Shown one piece after another: positions 62,625-64,000 of a stretch of DNA of 64,000 nucleotides. The stretch is from NCBI GenBank assembly GCA_963737655.1, contig CAVTTN010000002.1:1312001-1376000 (forward strand), read 5' to 3'. Position 1 is the first letter of the stretch; every line of letters starts with the position of its first letter. The notes under the pieces are model-generated. The model ran no database searches. It had not been told where the DNA came from and saw only the letters and a list, made by a program, of their open reading frames with translations. This DNA is from an uncultured Planctomycetota bacterium (GTDB taxonomy: Bacteria > Planctomycetota > Planctomycetia > Isosphaerales > Isosphaeraceae). The translations under genes were made by a program, and so were the position numbers.

Positions 62625-63176
62625 TCAGTTGAAGGTCGGGTCGGGCGGGATCTCGCGGATCCCGAAGAACTCGGAGAGCTTCCGGGCGTTGGCCTGCTTC
62701 ACGACGGCTTCCCAGAGGTCGTCGTCCCGGCCGAAGACGTGGGCGACATCGGCGGGCAGGGCGAGCCAGGAATCGCGATCGAACTCCCCTTCGAGCTGGC
62801 CGGGGCCCCATCCCGAGTAGTTCACCACGAACAGCGAGGGCTCGGCCTTCCGGGTGAGCAGCTCCTGGGCCTTGGGGGCGTCGAGCGTGAGGAAGACGCC
62901 GGGGAGGATCTCGCGATCGGCGAGGTCGGGCTCGGAGTGGAGGACCATCAGCGGCCCCGGGACCGGCCCGCCGAGGCTCAGCGGCTTGTCCCAGACGAAG
63001 TCCTCGTCCATGACCTTGCCGGCGAGGTCCGTGGCCGTGGCCTCGGTCGGCCGGTTGAGGATCACGCCCATCGCCCCGTCCTCGTCGTGGTCGATCATGA
63101 GGATCACGCTCCTCGAAAAGATCGGCGACATCAGGTCGGGCATGGCGATCAGCAAATGGCCTTCCAATGTCTTCAT
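62625..63176 (-). CDS. YqgE/AlgH (DUF179) family protein
   Basis: GHLLIAMPDL, FSRSVILM, GAMGVILNRP, GGPV and YSGWGPGQLEGE...SW. Confidence 0.92.
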   Translation of the reverse strand: MKTLEGHLLIAMPDLMSPIFSRSVILMIDHDEDGAMGVILNRPTEATATDLAGKVMDEDFVWDKPLSLGGPVPGPLMVLHSEPDLADREILPGVFLTLDAPKAQELLTRKAEPSLFVVNYSGWGPGQLEGEFDRDSWLALPADVAHVFGRDDDLWEAVVKQANARKLSEFFGIREIPPDPTFN

Positions 63177-63393
63177 GCGAGCCTCTGTCCGGTGCGCGAA
63201 ATGCACCAAGAGAACGCGGGCGAAGCCCGCCACTTCGTCCTCCGCCCCGCACTCATCGCCCCGCACTCCGAGGCGCTCTCGGGCCTTCCGCCCCGCTCAG
63301 CCCTGGCAATCCTCGGGCCGATCGCGTTCATTGTAAGGCTCGGGGCGGTCCGGAGGGAGGGCCGAGGTCCTGGGGTCCTGGTCGGGGGCGGCG

Positions 63394-63825
63394 ATGGCGA
63401 TGGCGATGAGGCAATCGGACGCGGTGGAGGTCAAGCGGGTCGCGGGCAAGGGCCGCGGGGTGTTCGCCCGGAGGGCGATCCCCCGGGGCGAGGTCTTCGA
63501 GACCTGCCCGGTCCTGGTCCTGCCCGAGGGCGCCCTGGGCGACGAAGACTCGATCCTCTGGACCTACGGCTTCGCCTGGGGCCGCGGCCGGGTCGCCCTG
63601 GCCCTGGGCTATGGGTCCCTTTACAACCACTCGTACAGGCCCAACGCCCGGTACGATGACATCGGCCCCCAGGCCAAGGCGTTCTCCGCGATCCGGGACA
63701 TCGAGCCGGGCGAGGAGATCACCGTCAACTACAACGGCGAGCCCCGGCGCAAGGCGAAGGTCTGGTTCGATGTCGTCGAGGCGGGCGCCGAACGTCCGAA
63801 ACGGCTCACCACGGCCTCCGAATAG
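63394..63825 (+). CDS. Bacterial SET-domain protein
   Basis: KGRGVFARRAI, SLYNHSYRPNA and RDIEPGEEITVNY. Confidence 0.9.
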   Translation: MAMAMRQSDAVEVKRVAGKGRGVFARRAIPRGEVFETCPVLVLPEGALGDEDSILWTYGFAWGRGRVALALGYGSLYNHSYRPNARYDDIGPQAKAFSAIRDIEPGEEITVNYNGEPRRKAKVWFDVVEAGAERPKRLTTASE

Positions 63826-63864
63826 CGAGGTTTCGCGACCCCACGACCCCGAGGACGACCCCCG

Positions 63865-64000
63865 ATGGCGGACGACAATCGAGCCGTGGCCGAGCGCCTG
63901 GAGGCCCTGAAGAAAGCGGCCGTCGAGGTCCTCAGCGCGATCGAAAGACTCAGGACCGAGGACGCCGAATCGGCCCGAGGGGGGCTGCTCGCGATCGCCG
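63865..64000 (+). CDS. Hypothetical protein (3'-partial)
   Basis: ATG preceded by GAGGA; open frame MADDNRAVAERLEALKKAAVEV... runs to the window end. Confidence 0.45.
   Translation, partial: MADDNRAVAERLEALKKAAVEVLSAIERLRTEDAESARGGLLAIA

Noticed and set aside
63394..63825. SET protein as a host-directed effector
   Set aside because: Small stand-alone SET proteins are widespread in free-living bacteria, and no secretion signal or supporting context is present.

Overview
High-GC bacterial DNA with strong Planctomycetota (probably Isosphaeraceae-like) hallmarks: a DUF1501 gene, 'LExRxLM/L' planctomycete extracellular N-termini, a PEP-CTERM protein and an ECF sigma/Ser-Thr kinase-WD40 pair. About 36 genes can be supported. 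Housekeeping or ordinary genes include opcA, msrA, trpC, asnS, a tricorn protease, a YqgE/AlgH protein and a SET protein. Four accessory modules stand out. (1) A dispersed redox cluster at about 2.5-25.4 kb: lipoprotein MsrA, class II cyclic-nucleotide phosphodiesterase, pentaheme cytochrome, ~10-heme cytochrome fused to an LVIVD propeller, outer-membrane beta-barrel and a secreted tandem GlcG/HbpS protein. (2) Nested in it, a three-gene cohesin/dockerin cassette: two ~1400-aa secreted proteins, each ending cohesin-dockerin-cohesin, flank a small cohesin-PEP-CTERM anchor. This is the best candidate for an undescribed self-assembling surface system. (3) A five-gene MoxR-vWA-beta-propeller (bpX) conflict operon. 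(4) A translationally coupled wHTH-like gene plus an AAA-FtsK double-NTPase gene, a possible defence module. Three families of intergenic inverted repeats occur, including GTAG-type REP doublets that supply stop codons. Seven single-base frameshifts break six otherwise intact genes, most in G/C runs, and are probably assembly errors. No rRNA, tRNA, CRISPR array, transposase or integrase was recognised. All domain calls come from reading motifs by eye, not from database searches.
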